Below are positions 24,801 through 36,320 of a stretch of DNA of 64,000 nucleotides, one piece after another; the first letter of the stretch is position 1, and each line of letters starts with the position of its first letter. The notes beneath the pieces are model-generated. The model was not told the origin of the DNA and did not search any database. It saw nothing but the letters and a program-made list of their open reading frames with translations. This DNA is from Octopus sinensis (lineage: Eukaryota), in the NCBI RefSeq assembly GCF_006345805.1, contig NC_042998.1, forward strand, positions 99,510,001-99,574,000. The letters are read 5' to 3'. The position numbers and the translations under genes were made by a program.

Positions 24801-27800
24801 TGAGAGATATTCTTGGTATTGGCATCTGATTTCTATTTACCATCAAGTAGTGTTCATGTCTTTTCTCTCCTGACATAATAATAAACAAAATAAAAAAGCT
24901 CCCCTTCACTCCCCCACAAAAAACGAAAAAACGGAAACCCACCAGTTTTATAGCATCCTAATGTTAGAGAGTTGCTTCTCCAGACATGTGGTGTGCATGA
25001 ATGATGACAGTTGGATGAATAAGGGTTAAGTGATTCAAATGAAAGAAGCTTGTGGAAGATGAAGTGGGGAAGGCTGATCTCAGCATGCTGAACCTCACAA
25101 AGATTATAACAAGGGGTTGCAACAATTTGGTGAGGCATTATAATGGATTTAACCCAACTATGCCAATTTAGAAACATGGATGTAGATCTGATGTTGAATA
25201 CTTGTTTTGTGTTTGGACTGAAAGATATAATGAAAAAAACAAGTTTTTTTTATTATTAATCAATATTTGATTTTTTTTTATGATGTCTAGTTGTGAGCCC
25301 TGCTCCCAGAATGTTACCACAGAGATCATGGGCTGCTTCCATTCCAACTATATTATCTCATGAAGCATTCAGTAAATTGCTGACACCATGCCCATTGCCA
25401 GGAATGAATTTCCTACCAGCATCTCCACTAGAACGATTTTTGGGTTGTGTCTATTTCCGGAGACATCTACCTCGAGTAATACAAGGAGAAAATTCAGTAA
25501 GTATCAGTATGTTCCTACATAAGTAGCCTATGATCTGTTATGTCAACCTATGGAAAACATCAATTTTTGGATATTTTTGCATTTAACACTTTTCCTATAT
25601 GAGGTTCAGTAATTCAAGAAAAAAAAATGACCAGTTTAGTGGTAGGTATATAATTTGATATTTGTAAGTTATCAGTCTTTTGTAAGGTACCATTATTATC
25701 ATTTCTTGTTTATAGAGGAACCCAAAGCTAAACAAGCTTTCTGCAAGGCATCAGTATAACATGGTTATTGAAAACTTGCAAAAGGACAATGCTTTTAGCT
25801 GTACAATTAGGACTGAACCTTGCTATATCCTTGCCATTTATGCTCCTTCAAAAATTAGTTGTATAATGACAAGTTCATATGCAGCAAGACCAAATATGCA
25901 TGTATTTGTCAGTCTGCTATATAACATATTGCTAATTAAATATGAAAACTATACTCCATTTTCAATAATATATCCTGAAATGTTATTGTATGTGTAAATA
26001 ATTTGACCTTTTGTAATTTCAGTTACAGTCTATTCAATCCAATGAACCTGGAGTTAGTGCATTTAAAGTTGATAGTTTGCAATTTAGAGTGAGTCTTAAT
26101 CCAACCACCTTGCAGTCTCTTCATATCAAAGTGACTCCAACTCTGGGTAAGTCGAACATTTTTACTAACATCAAAAACTGATGTTAGATGCTTTATCACA
26201 ACAGTAGGCATTTTCAGTTTGTAAAGTAATTGTTTTTATCAATTCTTACTCTGTTAACCATCCAAACCTGAAGTAGGGGTTTAGAAACATTGAGGTAACC
26301 TGTTATGTATGTGTAGTTGTGTGTCTATGTCTCTTTACTCTCTACGTCACACAATAATCATTAATGAGTTCTGTTCAGTCATGGAGAAATATTACCTTGC
26401 TTGGAATTAGGTGTGAGTTGGTGACAGGAAGGGCATTTAGCTGTAGAAAATCTTCCTTAATGAATTTGCATTTGAACCATGCAGGCATGGAAAGTGCACC
26501 CTTGCTGGTGGCACATTATAAAATTAACTTTTGTATGTTGGGCCTCATGGAAGCAAAGTGGCTGAGTACCTTTTGAGTGTTGGGCCTGACAGAGACAATG
26601 TGGCTGAGTTCCTTTCGAGCGGGCCTCACGGAGGCGAGGTAGCTGTGTTCTTTTCGAGTGTTGGGCCTCACAGAGATGAGGTGGCTGAGTTCCTTTCAAG
26701 CGTTGGGCATCATGGAGGCAAAGTGGCCAAGTTCCTTTTGGATGTTGGGCCTCACAAATGCAATGACCAAGATCTTTGACATTATGTTGTGCTTGAGAAG
26801 ATCCATCAAGCCGAGTAAAATCACAGTCATGACAGATACTTGTGTCACGCAAATGACATGATGTACTAGCGGCACGTAAAAACACCCATTACACTCTTGG
26901 AATCGTTGGTGTTAGGAAGGGTATTCAGCTGTAGAAAACCATGCCAAATCAGACTAGATCTTGCCGCAGCCTTCCAGTGTGCCAGCCCAGTCAAACCATC
27001 CAACCCATACCTGTATGGGCAACGGATGTTAAATGATGATGACATATATATATTTAATGACTTTCACCGAATTTTATAGAGTGTATGGGTTAAGCTGTGG
27101 CTACAATAGAAAACTTTGATCTCAAGTGCAGAGATTTGCACTTGAGATGAAATTTAGAACTACATGGTTGTGAAGTGTGCTTAATAACCCCATGATTGTA
27201 CGTGTGATTATAATTTAAAAGCTGTTTGTTGTACTATAGTGAATTTAATGCATCTGGGAGTTAAGCCAGTTTTATATAAAACAACATTACAATGATTCAC
27301 AATTATTCACATGAAATAACTGAAGAGCAGCTGTTTTCTCTCAAGATATAAAATAATAATTACTGATTGCTTTTACTATGTATTTATTTTATGGTATTGT
27401 TATTTTTATATTATTTCTTTGCAGATTTTCAAGACCAGTGGACTAATGAAGAAATTCAGATATTGGAAAAATTCTTTGACTTAAAGGTAAGAACTTAGTA
27501 AAAATTAATACTTTCAGAATCTTACTCAAATGAGTTTTTGCTATTAACACCTCAGCACAGAAATTATACATATAAACAATATGAATTACCAAAATTTCAT
27601 AAAAACATACTCTGAATTCCAACAAATGCAGTCCTGAAAATCCTGAGTACCCTCATTGTCTTCTCATGAATGTTCCCAGTCTCAAATGGTAACAACCACT
27701 GGAGTCAATGTAAAGGACATAGCTATTGTGCAAAAAGTTGAACCTGCTGCAATGTAGCAATAATGGCTTCAAAATGTCTCTATAATGAAAAACGTTACAA

Positions 27801-28608
27801 GAAACAAAGCTATAATTGAAACATGATCCACTATCACAGTGTGCAGCAAGTGAGAAATTACTGCAGCTTTGAGTCCACTGTACAGTTTCCACTTGGCAAA
27901 CACCTAGTATATCCGAATTGGTGGGTCTGTGGAACACACCTAGTAATTTTTGATGTAGGACCGTTTGATCAGTACAAACTGGAAGCAGCATATTATGCTG
28001 TTGCTGATGTATTTCCTCTGTTTTCTTTCATCCAAAATGGTTTTTCTGTAAATATGTCTTCACATTGTGATGTTTATATACAAATCAACATAAATCAAGC
28101 CTCTTATAATTTGACAGAAGCCAACATCTTTCTGCATCAAAATGTACCTTAAAATATATCTCCCTGATTGCATTTTCCAGATTTATGTTTCTATACTTTC
28201 TATATTTTCATGTCAGGTGGCCAGTCCTCCTTACAAAGTGAATGCTCTGACAGCTTTCTGCAGACTTCTTGGTGCACCGGCACATATACTTAGAGACTGT
28301 TTGCAAATCATGAGACTAGAGTTGGTAAGGAACATTCTTATAATTCATTTTAATTTAGATTCTAAATATATATAAATATGTGTGTGTGTATATATATGTA
28401 TATATGAATAAATAAAAGAGATGTCAAACATCCAAGTCTGCCAGTATAGTCCCAGTAAAGAATATATACAAAAAATATATATCCAGTATTTGCAAAAACA
28501 AATTAGACTCCGAAAGAATTTGTAGAATGTCTATTGGTTTTGTACCAACTTGGATTGTGAATTAAAGATTGTCTACACCTACAGTTTTTCCTTATAGAAA
28601 TATGTATT

Positions 28609-28646
<38 letters not shown>

Positions 28647-30909
28647 CATATGGGTTGTCAAACAAAAGAATGCAGTTATGTGTATTTAATAATCTTGTTT
28701 CAGTCATGGGATAGCAAGCTATGCTGGAGCACATCCTGGAAAGGTTTCTTAGTCAGTGAGATTGACCCCAATTTTTATTTTGAGTTTGATACTCACAATT
28801 GGTCGCTTTTTTTCACCAGGCCATTACATAATTTGGGTATAAACAAATCTACACAGGTTGTCCTGTGCTGAGAAACAAACACAAATGTGTGTGTGTAAAT
28901 ATATATATCATCATCATCATTTAACATCTGCTTTCCATGCTGGCATAGGTTGGATGGTTTGACTGAGGTCTGGCAAGCCAGTGGGCTGCACCAGGCTCCA
29001 ATCTGATCTGGCAATGTTTCTATAGCTGGATGCCCTTCCTAATACCAACCACTCTGAGAATGTAGTGGGTGCTTTTTACATGCCACTAGCAAAGGAGACA
29101 GTCAGGGGTCAAAATGTATATTGGCAGTGATGGGATTTAAACCCACACTTCTGATCTACTGTGTGTGTGTGTGTGTATATATATATAGATATATATATAG
29201 GAGAAACGGTGAAGGGAGAAAGATTTTATTTTAATTTGAATGATATTCTGATGTCTTTGGTTTTTTTAGATGCCTGATCGAAACCTCAAGTGGTCTGTGC
29301 AGTGGTGCTTAACCATACCTCCTGGGGCTCATCCAATCAGTGCACCAGCTGGCACTCCAGCTGTTGTGGTAAAGAGCAAAATGATAATCATGGTAAGTGT
29401 AATCTGCTACTTCTCTCTCTACACTGTCAACTGATATTAGAAAATATTATTTAGTATCAATGTGACCTTAATGTAATTGTTATATGTCTTGCTGGGAAAG
29501 AATTTCACTTCAGTGAAGTTCACAAAATAGAATAAGTTTATGTGACATGAACAAAAGAGAATCTAAATTTTTATTCACTGAGTATTTTGTTGGTTAAGAA
29601 ATTAGGTGTGTGTGTTAATCGTTTGGGTCATATTACATGTAGCTATCAATATGACTGGTAAATAATGTTTGAAGGTATATAGTATAGTGGTGATTAGAGT
29701 GGACACAAAATCTATCAAACTCTCACAAATTTATTCTCTTGAAATGTTAGTGTTGTGCATCTAAATATACACATAGTTTAAAAAATGTAAATGTACTTTT
29801 GGTCTCATATAATATTGGTATTTCTAACTTGTACATCTGACAAGAGGAGTATTACAATTTTGCTATTGTCAGGTTACATTTAACTTGGTTGCAGTTTAAA
29901 CTTTGAAATTTATAGTGTATTTTAGTAGTTACTTATACTTTTTATTTAGGCACCTGATGGCTAAAACTGGATATTTATATCATTTAATGTCCGTTTTCCA
30001 TGTGTTGGTTGGTTTGACAGGAGCTGACCTGCTGAAGACCTGTCCACGCCCCGTTCTGTTTTGGCATGGTTTCTGTGGCTGGATGTCCTTCCTAATGCCA
30101 ACCACTTTACAGAGTGTATTGGGTGCATTTACACAGCACCAGAACAGGTGCGTTTATATGGCAACTGTATGGGGTGGTTTTTTTTGTGGCACCAGCACCC
30201 ACAAGCCCGAAAGATTAGGAATGCTCAGCTGGAGAGGGATGCAGTGGTCAAGCCTGCATGCAAGGACCACCATGTTTTTACTTAGCTTAGCCAACTGGCA
30301 GGAAACCTAGGGGTAGACTACAAGCAAGAGTATCCCAGTTAATCACAGTTTAAAATCCAGCAGAAAGTTTAATGACAGTTGTTTCTGATAAGACCCAATG
30401 GAACTCTACTCCAATGATTCTCCCAGGATACATATAATCTGATTAGAAAAAATATAGCAGGTTAAGACTACATTGAAGTGAAATGACATGTAATTAAGTT
30501 TTAAATGAGAGTATTTCAGTTTGTAAATTCAGTCTAATTATTTAAACCCGCAAATTATTAAGACTATATATATATATGTGTGTGTACAAAAATTAATTCA
30601 TATACTTGTATTATGTACTGATTGTGTTTATTCTTTCTGTTTTAGCTTATGTTGACCCGGATTGGCCTAATGTTGTCTTCAAACACCGATCCTCAGTCTG
30701 TTATTGTTCCTCTGCTCTATGACATCGGTACTAATACAATACAACTTGTTGAAGCTCGGCCACCTGCCCCTCACACTCAGACTCCTGCACAAATGGCTAT
30801 TGTTTCAATGTTAAGACGATTTGCTGAACTTCATCAAAATCATACCGAATGTGCCATATTCCCATCAGTGCGAGAACTTATGACTAATTTAGTCATTCCT
30901 ATACAGTAG
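794..30909 (+). CDS. MED14: Mediator of RNA polymerase II transcription subunit 14, spliced and 5'-incomplete (25 exons in window, about 1083 aa)
   Basis: GT-AG exons join in frame with consistent phases (3252 nt in total). Peptides match remembered vertebrate MED14 motifs: [63 protein letters not shown]. Confidence 0.96.
1362..1581. mobile_element. piggyBac-type MITE (degenerate)
   Basis: Flanked by TTAA on both sides; imperfect TIRs CATTTTAGTATT and AATACTAAATGG. Confidence 0.55.
1761..1886 (+). CDS. MED14: MED14 exon ([18 protein letters not shown]...VPCS)
   Basis: ttttag and gtaag boundaries; resembles PALVVPILEP...HIFVDLHSG. Confidence 0.9.
2395..2720 (-). mobile_element. SINE family A (RTE-like 3' tail ending in (GAT)n)
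   Basis: (CAT)n, then TTTCCATGCTAGC..GGGTTGGAC and CCCTTCCTAATGCCAACCAC; the motif recurs more than 10 times in the window. Confidence 0.7.
2761..2839 (+). CDS. MED14: MED14 exon ([26 protein letters not shown])
   Basis: tttcag and gtatgt; phase consistent. Confidence 0.88.
3821..3980 (+). CDS. MED14: MED14 exon ([16 protein letters not shown]...[17 protein letters not shown])
   Basis: accag and gtatgt; resembles RCKQSIKHLP...SKNKLFI. Confidence 0.92.
4225..4423 (+). CDS. MED14: MED14 exon ([19 protein letters not shown]...)
   Basis: aaag and gtgagt; resembles VVEMLEVP...YKYYF. Confidence 0.9.
5086..5132 (+). CDS. MED14: MED14 exon ([15 protein letters not shown])
   Basis: ttaag and gtaagt; restores phase 1 to 0. 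Confidence 0.8.
5180..5745 (+). mobile_element. Two tandem SINE family A copies
   Basis: GTGGTTGG.GTTAGGAAGGGCATCCAGCTGTAG...CATGCTAGCATGGAAA..GATGATGAT occurs twice. Confidence 0.75.
6534..6662 (+). CDS. MED14: MED14 exon ([10 protein letters not shown]...[16 protein letters not shown])
   Basis: tgcag and gttggt; resembles AMCDTNMPFVGL. Confidence 0.9.
6862..7080 (+). mobile_element. SINE family C (tRNA-derived; Nin/Deu-like core)
   Basis: GGCAGAA..GTTAGCA..GTTCAAATT..GACTTTGCCTTTCA..AATAAGTACC. Confidence 0.65.
7706..7782 (+). CDS. MED14: MED14 exon ([17 protein letters not shown]...)
   Basis: tgcag and gtaagt; IPHQG motif. Confidence 0.93.
8929..9040 (+). CDS. MED14: MED14 exon ([11 protein letters not shown]...RNWIVE)
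   Basis: tttcag and gtaaga; resembles PPCKGITEET...RTWVAE. Confidence 0.93.
9150..9490 (+). mobile_element. Degraded 3' fragment of an RTE-like LINE
   Basis: Decayed coding-like sequence resembling the RTE ORF end ([24 protein letters not shown]). Confidence 0.45.
9685..9733 (+). CDS. MED14: MED14 exon ([16 protein letters not shown])
   Basis: ttttag and gtaaat; resembles VFANCPLNGTSTREQG. Confidence 0.92.
10478..10615 (+). CDS. MED14: MED14 exon (GPIQRVYF...[15 protein letters not shown])
   Basis: ttttag and gtaagc; phase consistent. Confidence 0.92.
11761..11852 (+). CDS. MED14: MED14 exon ([25 protein letters not shown]...)
   Basis: ttccag and gtaagt; YNYRKL motif. Confidence 0.94.
11935..12510 (+). 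mobile_element. Long SINE family A copy with internal tandem repeats
   Basis: Repeated GAGCACCAT..GTGTGATCGTT units, then the family A 3' module and (GAT)n tail. Confidence 0.75.
13200..13600 (+). mobile_element. Composite SINE (family B tRNA-like head with a family A tail)
   Basis: GCTGTGTAGTTAAG..GGTTCAGTCCCACTG..GGAAACTGAAAG, then CCCATGCTAGCATGGAAA. Confidence 0.65.
13729..13890 (+). CDS. MED14: MED14 exon ([18 protein letters not shown]...NLVQ)
   Basis: ttacag and gtaagt; resembles IQWNS..KFHISLGT. Confidence 0.92.
14229..14303 (+). CDS. MED14: MED14 exon ([25 protein letters not shown])
   Basis: tttcag and gtaagt; resembles LFDTQAPLNAINKL. Confidence 0.93.
14414..14490 (+). CDS. MED14: MED14 exon ([25 protein letters not shown]), followed by a U12-type donor
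   Basis: ttacag acceptor; donor GTATCCTTT; resembles FSILPQSSTHIRLAFRN. Confidence 0.92.
14491..16537 (+). other. U12-type (minor spliceosome) GT-AG intron
   Basis: 5'SS GTATCCTTT at 14491; branch site TCCTTAAC at 16521-16528, 9 nt before the intron end; no polypyrimidine tract; the junction restores [12 protein letters not shown]. Confidence 0.9.
15315..15710 (+). mobile_element. SINE family B (tRNA-derived) inside the U12 intron
   Basis: GACTGTGTGGTAAG..CACCTTGGGCAAGTGTCTTCT..GCCTTGTGAGTGGATTTGGTAGA, (GT)n, CAGCATGGCTGCAGTC. Confidence 0.75.
16538..16655 (+). CDS. MED14: MED14 exon ([24 protein letters not shown]...PGLK)
   Basis: CAGAAG tandem acceptor and gtaagt; strong motif match. Confidence 0.94.
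17560..17745 (+). mobile_element. SINE family A (5'-truncated, young)
   Basis: Near-consensus 3' module with a long (GAT)n tail. Confidence 0.75.
18012..18263 (+). CDS. MED14: MED14 exon (AFLNMFVDE...[16 protein letters not shown]...)
   Basis: ttctag and gtaagt; FLNMFVD motif. Confidence 0.94.
20225..20474 (+). CDS. MED14: MED14 exon (Ser/Pro-rich, [12 protein letters not shown])
   Basis: cccttag and gttagt; resembles PSPASFVPTP. Confidence 0.9.
23000..23561. mobile_element. MITE-like element with about 90-bp imperfect TIRs
   Basis: 23000-23098 is the reverse complement of 23473-23561 (ACGAGAGTT..ATGAACTCATTTGCA..GCCAAT.AGAGCTCA). Confidence 0.7.
24514..24696 (+). CDS. MED14: MED14 exon ([22 protein letters not shown]...)
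   Basis: tttttag and gtacgt; NWPGSP motif. Confidence 0.93.
25291..25496 (+). CDS. MED14: MED14 exon ([17 protein letters not shown]...SPLERFLG...)
   Basis: tctag and gtaagt; strong motif match. Confidence 0.95.
26023..26146 (+). CDS. MED14: MED14 exon ([15 protein letters not shown]...IKVTPTL)
   Basis: tttcag and gtaagt; SNEPGV motif; an alternative in-frame AG lies 6 nt downstream. Confidence 0.93.
26536..26768 (+). repeat. Degenerate minisatellite of about 42 bp (about 5.5 copies) inside a composite SINE
   Basis: Units TGTTGGGCCTCA..GAG..GTGGCTGAGTTCCTTT.GAG. Confidence 0.75.
27425..27486 (+). CDS. MED14: MED14 exon ([21 protein letters not shown])
   Basis: ttgcag and gtaaga; LEKFF motif. 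Confidence 0.94.
28217..28324 (+). CDS. MED14: MED14 exon ([11 protein letters not shown]...[20 protein letters not shown])
   Basis: tgtcag and gtaagg; strong motif match. Confidence 0.95.
28908..29100 (-). mobile_element. SINE family A
   Basis: (CAT)n plus the family A module in reverse orientation. Confidence 0.7.
29270..29392 (+). CDS. MED14: MED14 exon ([18 protein letters not shown]...[11 protein letters not shown])
   Basis: tttttag and gtaagt; CLTIPP motif. Confidence 0.95.
30646..30909 (+). CDS. MED14: MED14 last coding exon (LMLTRIG...[20 protein letters not shown])
   Basis: ttttag acceptor; TAG stop; matches the MED14 C-terminus. Confidence 0.95.
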   Translation, partial: LMLTRIGLMLSSNTDPQSVIVPLLYDIGTNTIQLVEARPPAPHTQTPAQMAIVSMLRRFAELHQNHTECAIFPSVRELMTNLVIPIQ

Positions 30910-31810
30910 TAATGCTGATAGAAACTCCTGTACAAATGTTTACAAAACACCTCCTTAAGCTGATTTCCTGTCTCTAAACTATCCTTGCAACTCAGTCTCC
31001 ACTTTATTATTCTTTGCAATAACTAAGTGTAGGCAGGTTACAATTTTTAAAATTTATTTTTATCCTTCATGTTTTGAGATCTGATTTTCCATATTAGCAC
31101 CAATTGGATAGTTCTGCAAGCATGAATTGTGAGAGCAAATATTTTCCAGACAGATGCTATTTTCTATAGAAATCACTTCATTATGTTGGAACAGCTTGAT
31201 GCTCTAACAAAAACCATTTAACTATAAAAGGAGAATAGTAACAAATTTTATTTAAATTGTCTGTGACGCAATGACAACGGTTTGCGTTTGTGCCCCAGTT
31301 ATCAACAAGGTAGCCTCCTGTGGTCATTCAGAAGTTCATTTTGGACAACATAGTGTTAGATATTAAGAAAAAAAAAAGATGATTACAACTGGAACACCTT
31401 TGATTGTGTTTATTCAGTCAGGTCTTACCTAGGGCTAAACAAAAGCACAAAAAACATAATTTCATGTTTTAAACTTATAACAACACATCCTAAAAATATT
31501 AAGCATAAAATGAAAAAAACTTCATTTTTTAATAGGAAACATTGTACATTTATCTCAATATTTACTGAAGTTAAATTTCATAAATAACCTCATATCCTTG
31601 TTTTGAATGATCATGGTGTGTTTATAATCTTTGTCAACATTCATTTGATTGGTCAGAAAATAATGATGCATTTGTTCATTTTATTTAAAAAAAAAAAAGG
31701 TTGACATAGAACCATGGGAACCTAATGCATGTATACATTACTTCCAACAAGCAAGAATACCTTTATTCTATCACAATAGAATTATGAAATCCTAAATTTA
31801 GTTATTTCTT

Positions 31811-31826
31811 AATAAAATAAAATAAA
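31811..31826 (+). promoter_or_regulatory. Candidate MED14 polyadenylation signal cluster (overlapping AATAAA)
   Basis: AATAAAATAAAATAAA about 900 nt after the stop, followed by GT-rich sequence; other AATAAA sites exist further downstream. Confidence 0.3.
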
Positions 31827-33082
31827 TTCTTCACTGTGGATTGGTAGAGTTGTTTTGGTGTCATACAAAAATTATCATGTACCTAAATTCATGTGGTACT
31901 TAGGGACAGCCTTTTGTGTTCTGAGGTCAACTTTGCCTTTCTTCCAGAATTGGTACAGTGAAATATTCCTGTAAAGTCTATTAGATGTGTGTTTGTAATA
32001 AAAAGGCAAGGCCAGTATCCTTCTAAAATATGTCTAAATGTTTAAATGCTGTTTCAAATTGTAGATATATTTTATTAATTTAAAGCTGAGAAGTCTTGAG
32101 TGGAAGGGGCAGTATCCTGTAATCTAATTGAGGTTTTGATGCATCACTTGTCAACACAATTGGGTATTGCCATAATGCAAGAGTGATCTTTTATGGTTGA
32201 GTAAGTGCTTTATGACACAGCTCCTGTTCATTTCTTTCAATTGTCATCAATAAATCTTTCCATTTATACAATTGTTTATCCAAGAAAACTGAAATGAATG
32301 GATTTTTAAAAAAAATAAACCACTATAAAATTGTCTTTGGAAATAAAATGATTGAGGTCTGCAGTTTACATGAAATTGTTTGGCTCATTCAACCAGCTAG
32401 AAAAATAGTAACCAAATTTTTCTTACCATCTTGAAGAGGGAAAGCTGCATTGCATAATGTAGTCCTAGTTATACCATGCTCAAGAGAAGTTGAAATGGTC
32501 TATGGTTGGAATGATTCTTGTTCATAGGTCTTTTTAATTAGGGTTAAGCTGATGATAGTAAAACAATATTTTTATAATTGTTGATTTAAAAACATATTTC
32601 AAGGGCTTATTGTGGTCAAACAAATTTTCTTTTGTCATGAATTAATTTTATGTTCAATTTCTTACATTCAAGATCTGTTTTAGTTTTGTGTGAAAGAAAC
32701 TGAGATCAATGCTACATGGATGTTTTTTTCAGGGATTTTATTGAATGTGTAAAAATACGTTTTGCTTTTTTTTTTAATAGTGTCACACAGCTATAAATTC
32801 TGGACATAATCCTGCTTTTGTGCCACTTCTCAAGTTGTTCATTGGAGCCCTCATGAGACACTCCCACTACTTGGAGATCATCACTGACGTTCTTACCTAA
32901 TATTTGTGAACTGCAGTATTCATTTAGAAGTGGCTTTTTCTCCAAAAGTAGTAGATATTGCAAGTTGATTGAATAGCATCCATTTAATTAAATTTTTGAT
33001 ATAAATCCCTAAAATGCTAACAACAAAATAATAGGTCCTGTGAACAGATGGAGTATTTAAGTTTTATTATATAGACACGAGT

Positions 33083-33340
33083 ATCATCATCATTAAACGT
33101 CCATTGTCCATGCTGGCATGGGTTGGGCGGTTTGACCAGGGCTGGTAAGCAGGAAGGCTGCACCAGACTCCAGTCTTATTTGGTATGGTTTCTACATCTT
33201 GATGCCCTTCCAAATGCCAACCACTCAGAGTGTAATGGGTGCTTTTATGTGCCACTGGCACAGGTGCTATTTGCATGACACTGGTAACCTGCCACAACTG
33301 TGATTTTGCTTGGCTTGTTGGGTCTTCTCAAGCACGACAT
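33083..33340 (-). mobile_element. SINE family A
   Basis: (CAT)n, AACGTCC..CCATGCTGGCATGGGTTGG. Confidence 0.7.
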
Positions 33341-34592
33341 TTGACATAAAAGCCTACATTGTTATGACTCTGTAAGTTTGACTTTATTTTCCAAAGCAAC
33401 TGACTATACTGCATACTTTAAATTTTGGGTAAGCCTTGTTAATAATTAACACAAGTTTGAAGCCAGAAGTTTTCAAGAGTGACAAAAATGATATTGCATG
33501 GTCATGGGTGTTGATGGAGGCGAATATAGAAAGGTCAAAAGGAAACAAAGTGAACTTGCTTCATTGAATGTGTAATGTTAGTGTGCATGATGAATGAAGT
33601 GCAAATAAACAGAAAAACTAAGTATAAGAGGAGCCAGCTGTAGTATGCAAGAGAAGCTTGTGCTGGTATGGACATGTGGATATGTATAGAAATGCTGGGT
33701 GATCCAGGTAGTAAGAACCCTCATTTCTTTCATAGGGTAACTGAGAAAGAAGTAGTGAAGGCTGAAGTAGATAAGGGATTGCATCAAGTGGCTAGACACT
33801 ACTGGAGCAGACTTATCAGGTCCATATAAACATGGAAATTGGTGGACTTACAAAATTGTTGAAGATATTGATGGAAAACAAACAAGAAACCAAGGTGTTT
33901 GCACATTTCTGAAAGGTATTAATGACAAATAAAGTGAAATTTCTCTAAATTGAAATTGAAACCAGGACGTGGGATTGTCCAGAGTTTGCACATTTTTTAT
34001 GACAGTGTCTGCGCCATTATCTGTTAGAAACAAATCTAATTTTCTTGTAAACCCTATATCTCATGAAGGTGCTGAGAAAACTGAAATTGAGACTGAAGTA
34101 AACATCCTGCTTTTTTTTTTGTTCGTAATCTGTATACATTGTATCTTTTTTTTTTTTTTTTGAAAGAAAATATAAACTCTTTTTTGTGTCAGTCAGTTTA
34201 GCTTTTTAAATAGAACTTAAAACTAGATATATGTATTTCTTTGGAGTCTAGATCAAAAGTGATGGTAGTGAAATTAATTATTTATAGGCATCAAAATTTG
34301 TGGTTTAGAAATTCTAGTTTGATACCATAAAACAGCTGAGTTTCATCAATGTGGCTGATAGAATATTCCTGAGAAAACTACAAGTCTCGCTCTCTCAATA
34401 TGCATAGACAAGATGCTAATCAATTTAGTTTAACTTCATTATGCAGTTAAGATATTAACAGAGTACTTTGTACTTTTTTAGCATCTACTGTTGTAAAATT
34501 TAGCACTTAAGTTTTAAATCATTAAAAGCATGGCAATAGCTCTTCATTGAGATTTGATCAGATTGGTGAAGAGTAGAATCAAAGCAAGTTAA

Positions 34593-34811
34593 CATTTTGT
34601 TACCATACTATATTTCTGTAGAATTGTGTTGCCTTTATTTTAATTGATTTTAAAATTGGAGAATTTAGTAAATATAGTTTATTATTGAACTGATATTTGG
34701 AACATACATTACTATGCTATTTTGATAAAAGGTTTTAATTTAGATTATTTTAAACAGGCAAATTGTAATATAGAATCAGGGGCAGTCTCAGGCAGGTTAT
34801 TATCAAAAGGG
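34593..34811. mobile_element. piggyBac-type MITE (degenerate)
   Basis: TTAA-CATTTTGTTACC ... TATCAAAAGGG-TTGA; a partial copy lies at about 20530-20700. Confidence 0.45.
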
Positions 34812-36009
34812 TTGAAGTGTATATTCATTATACCAAGCTTTATCAGAACTATGTTTAGAGGCAATAGTACTGGTTTTGACTGGTTCTGAATCTAATATTT
34901 AAACATACATTTACAGGACATACTTTATCACTTTCCCCATAGCTGTTGATGCTAGTGTTAATGTTGATTCTCGGTGAGCTTACAAAAGTAGCAACACTGG
35001 AAGAGGTAGGAAGAAGCTAATTTATGGATTTGTCGATGTTCACCTTCCAACTTTGATCTGACATGACTTCCATTTTTTTTTTTTTTTTGCAGTTGCTTTA
35101 ATTATATCACTTTGAACCCTCCTCTACAACTCCTCACTTCAATTCCCCCCTACTTCCACTCCATAAACATCGTTTTCTCCTCCTACTTCCATTTCTCCAA
35201 TCACCATCTCTATTTTCTCTCCCCACCCCCATTTACTCCTCCTCCACCACCTCCCAATTTTCTCATTAACAGGAATAAATGCTACAATAAAATAATAAAC
35301 AAATATGTGCAAGATACTTCAATCTTTATTTATGTCAGCTTAATATTTAAGGAATTTATTGATTTCGGTAACATGTTTGAAATCAAGTTTATATATTCCT
35401 ACATTTGTTCTTGTTGTTTTCTTAAATAATTTTTCTGTTTCTATTTATTTATTTATTTTCAGAATCCTCCCTCTCCAAATTAAAATTTTTTGTTTTTGAA
35501 GTTTATATTTTTTTTACAATTTCTTTTGCTGTACATTACTACACTTCTCTCCATTGCTATCTTTTCATTCACTCTCTCCTTCATCCTCGATTTCTCAGTT
35601 CATTCTTTATCCATCTCTTACCATCTCTCTCTTTTTTTCTTCCTATCTCCACAAAAACAAACAAAAAAAAAACCTATGAGAAGAGTAAATTATATAAATT
35701 CTATTTGATTCCAGTCTGTGTAGAGTGGGTGGATGTTTGCTTGGCTGGTTGGTCGGTGGGTACAAAGAAAAAAAAACGGAGCTAGGGAAACTCACCTCAA
35801 AAATTTTAACAGATTTGTTGTTCATAAAATGTATGATAGGATGGGTGGGAACAATATAAAATACAAAATTTATATATAAAATTTTTTTTTTTTTAATTAC
35901 AATTAAAGTCGTAAATAGAGAAACTAAAAGAGACCATCAAAAGTGTAGCGTCTTGGTTAGCAAGAAATGACACACACACATATATATAAATTAATATTTA
36001 ATAGAAGTA

Positions 36010-36271
36010 GGTGGCGAGCTGGCAGAATCGTTAACCTGCTGAACTAAATGTTTAGCTGCATTTCATCCATACTCTTTTACTTGTTTCAGTCATTTGACTA
36101 TGGCCATGCTGGAGCACCACCTTTTAGTCGAGCAAATCGACCCCAGGACTTATTCTTTGTAAGCCTAGTACTTACTCTATCGGTCTCTTTTGCCGAACCG
36201 CTAAGTTACGGGGACGTAAACACACCAGCATCAGTTGTCAAGCGATGTTGGGGGGACAAACTGACACACAA

Positions 36272-36320
<49 letters not shown>

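Noticed and set aside
26536-26768. CRISPR-like array
   Set aside because: Units are similar along their whole length with no unique spacers; eukaryotic context with no cas genes
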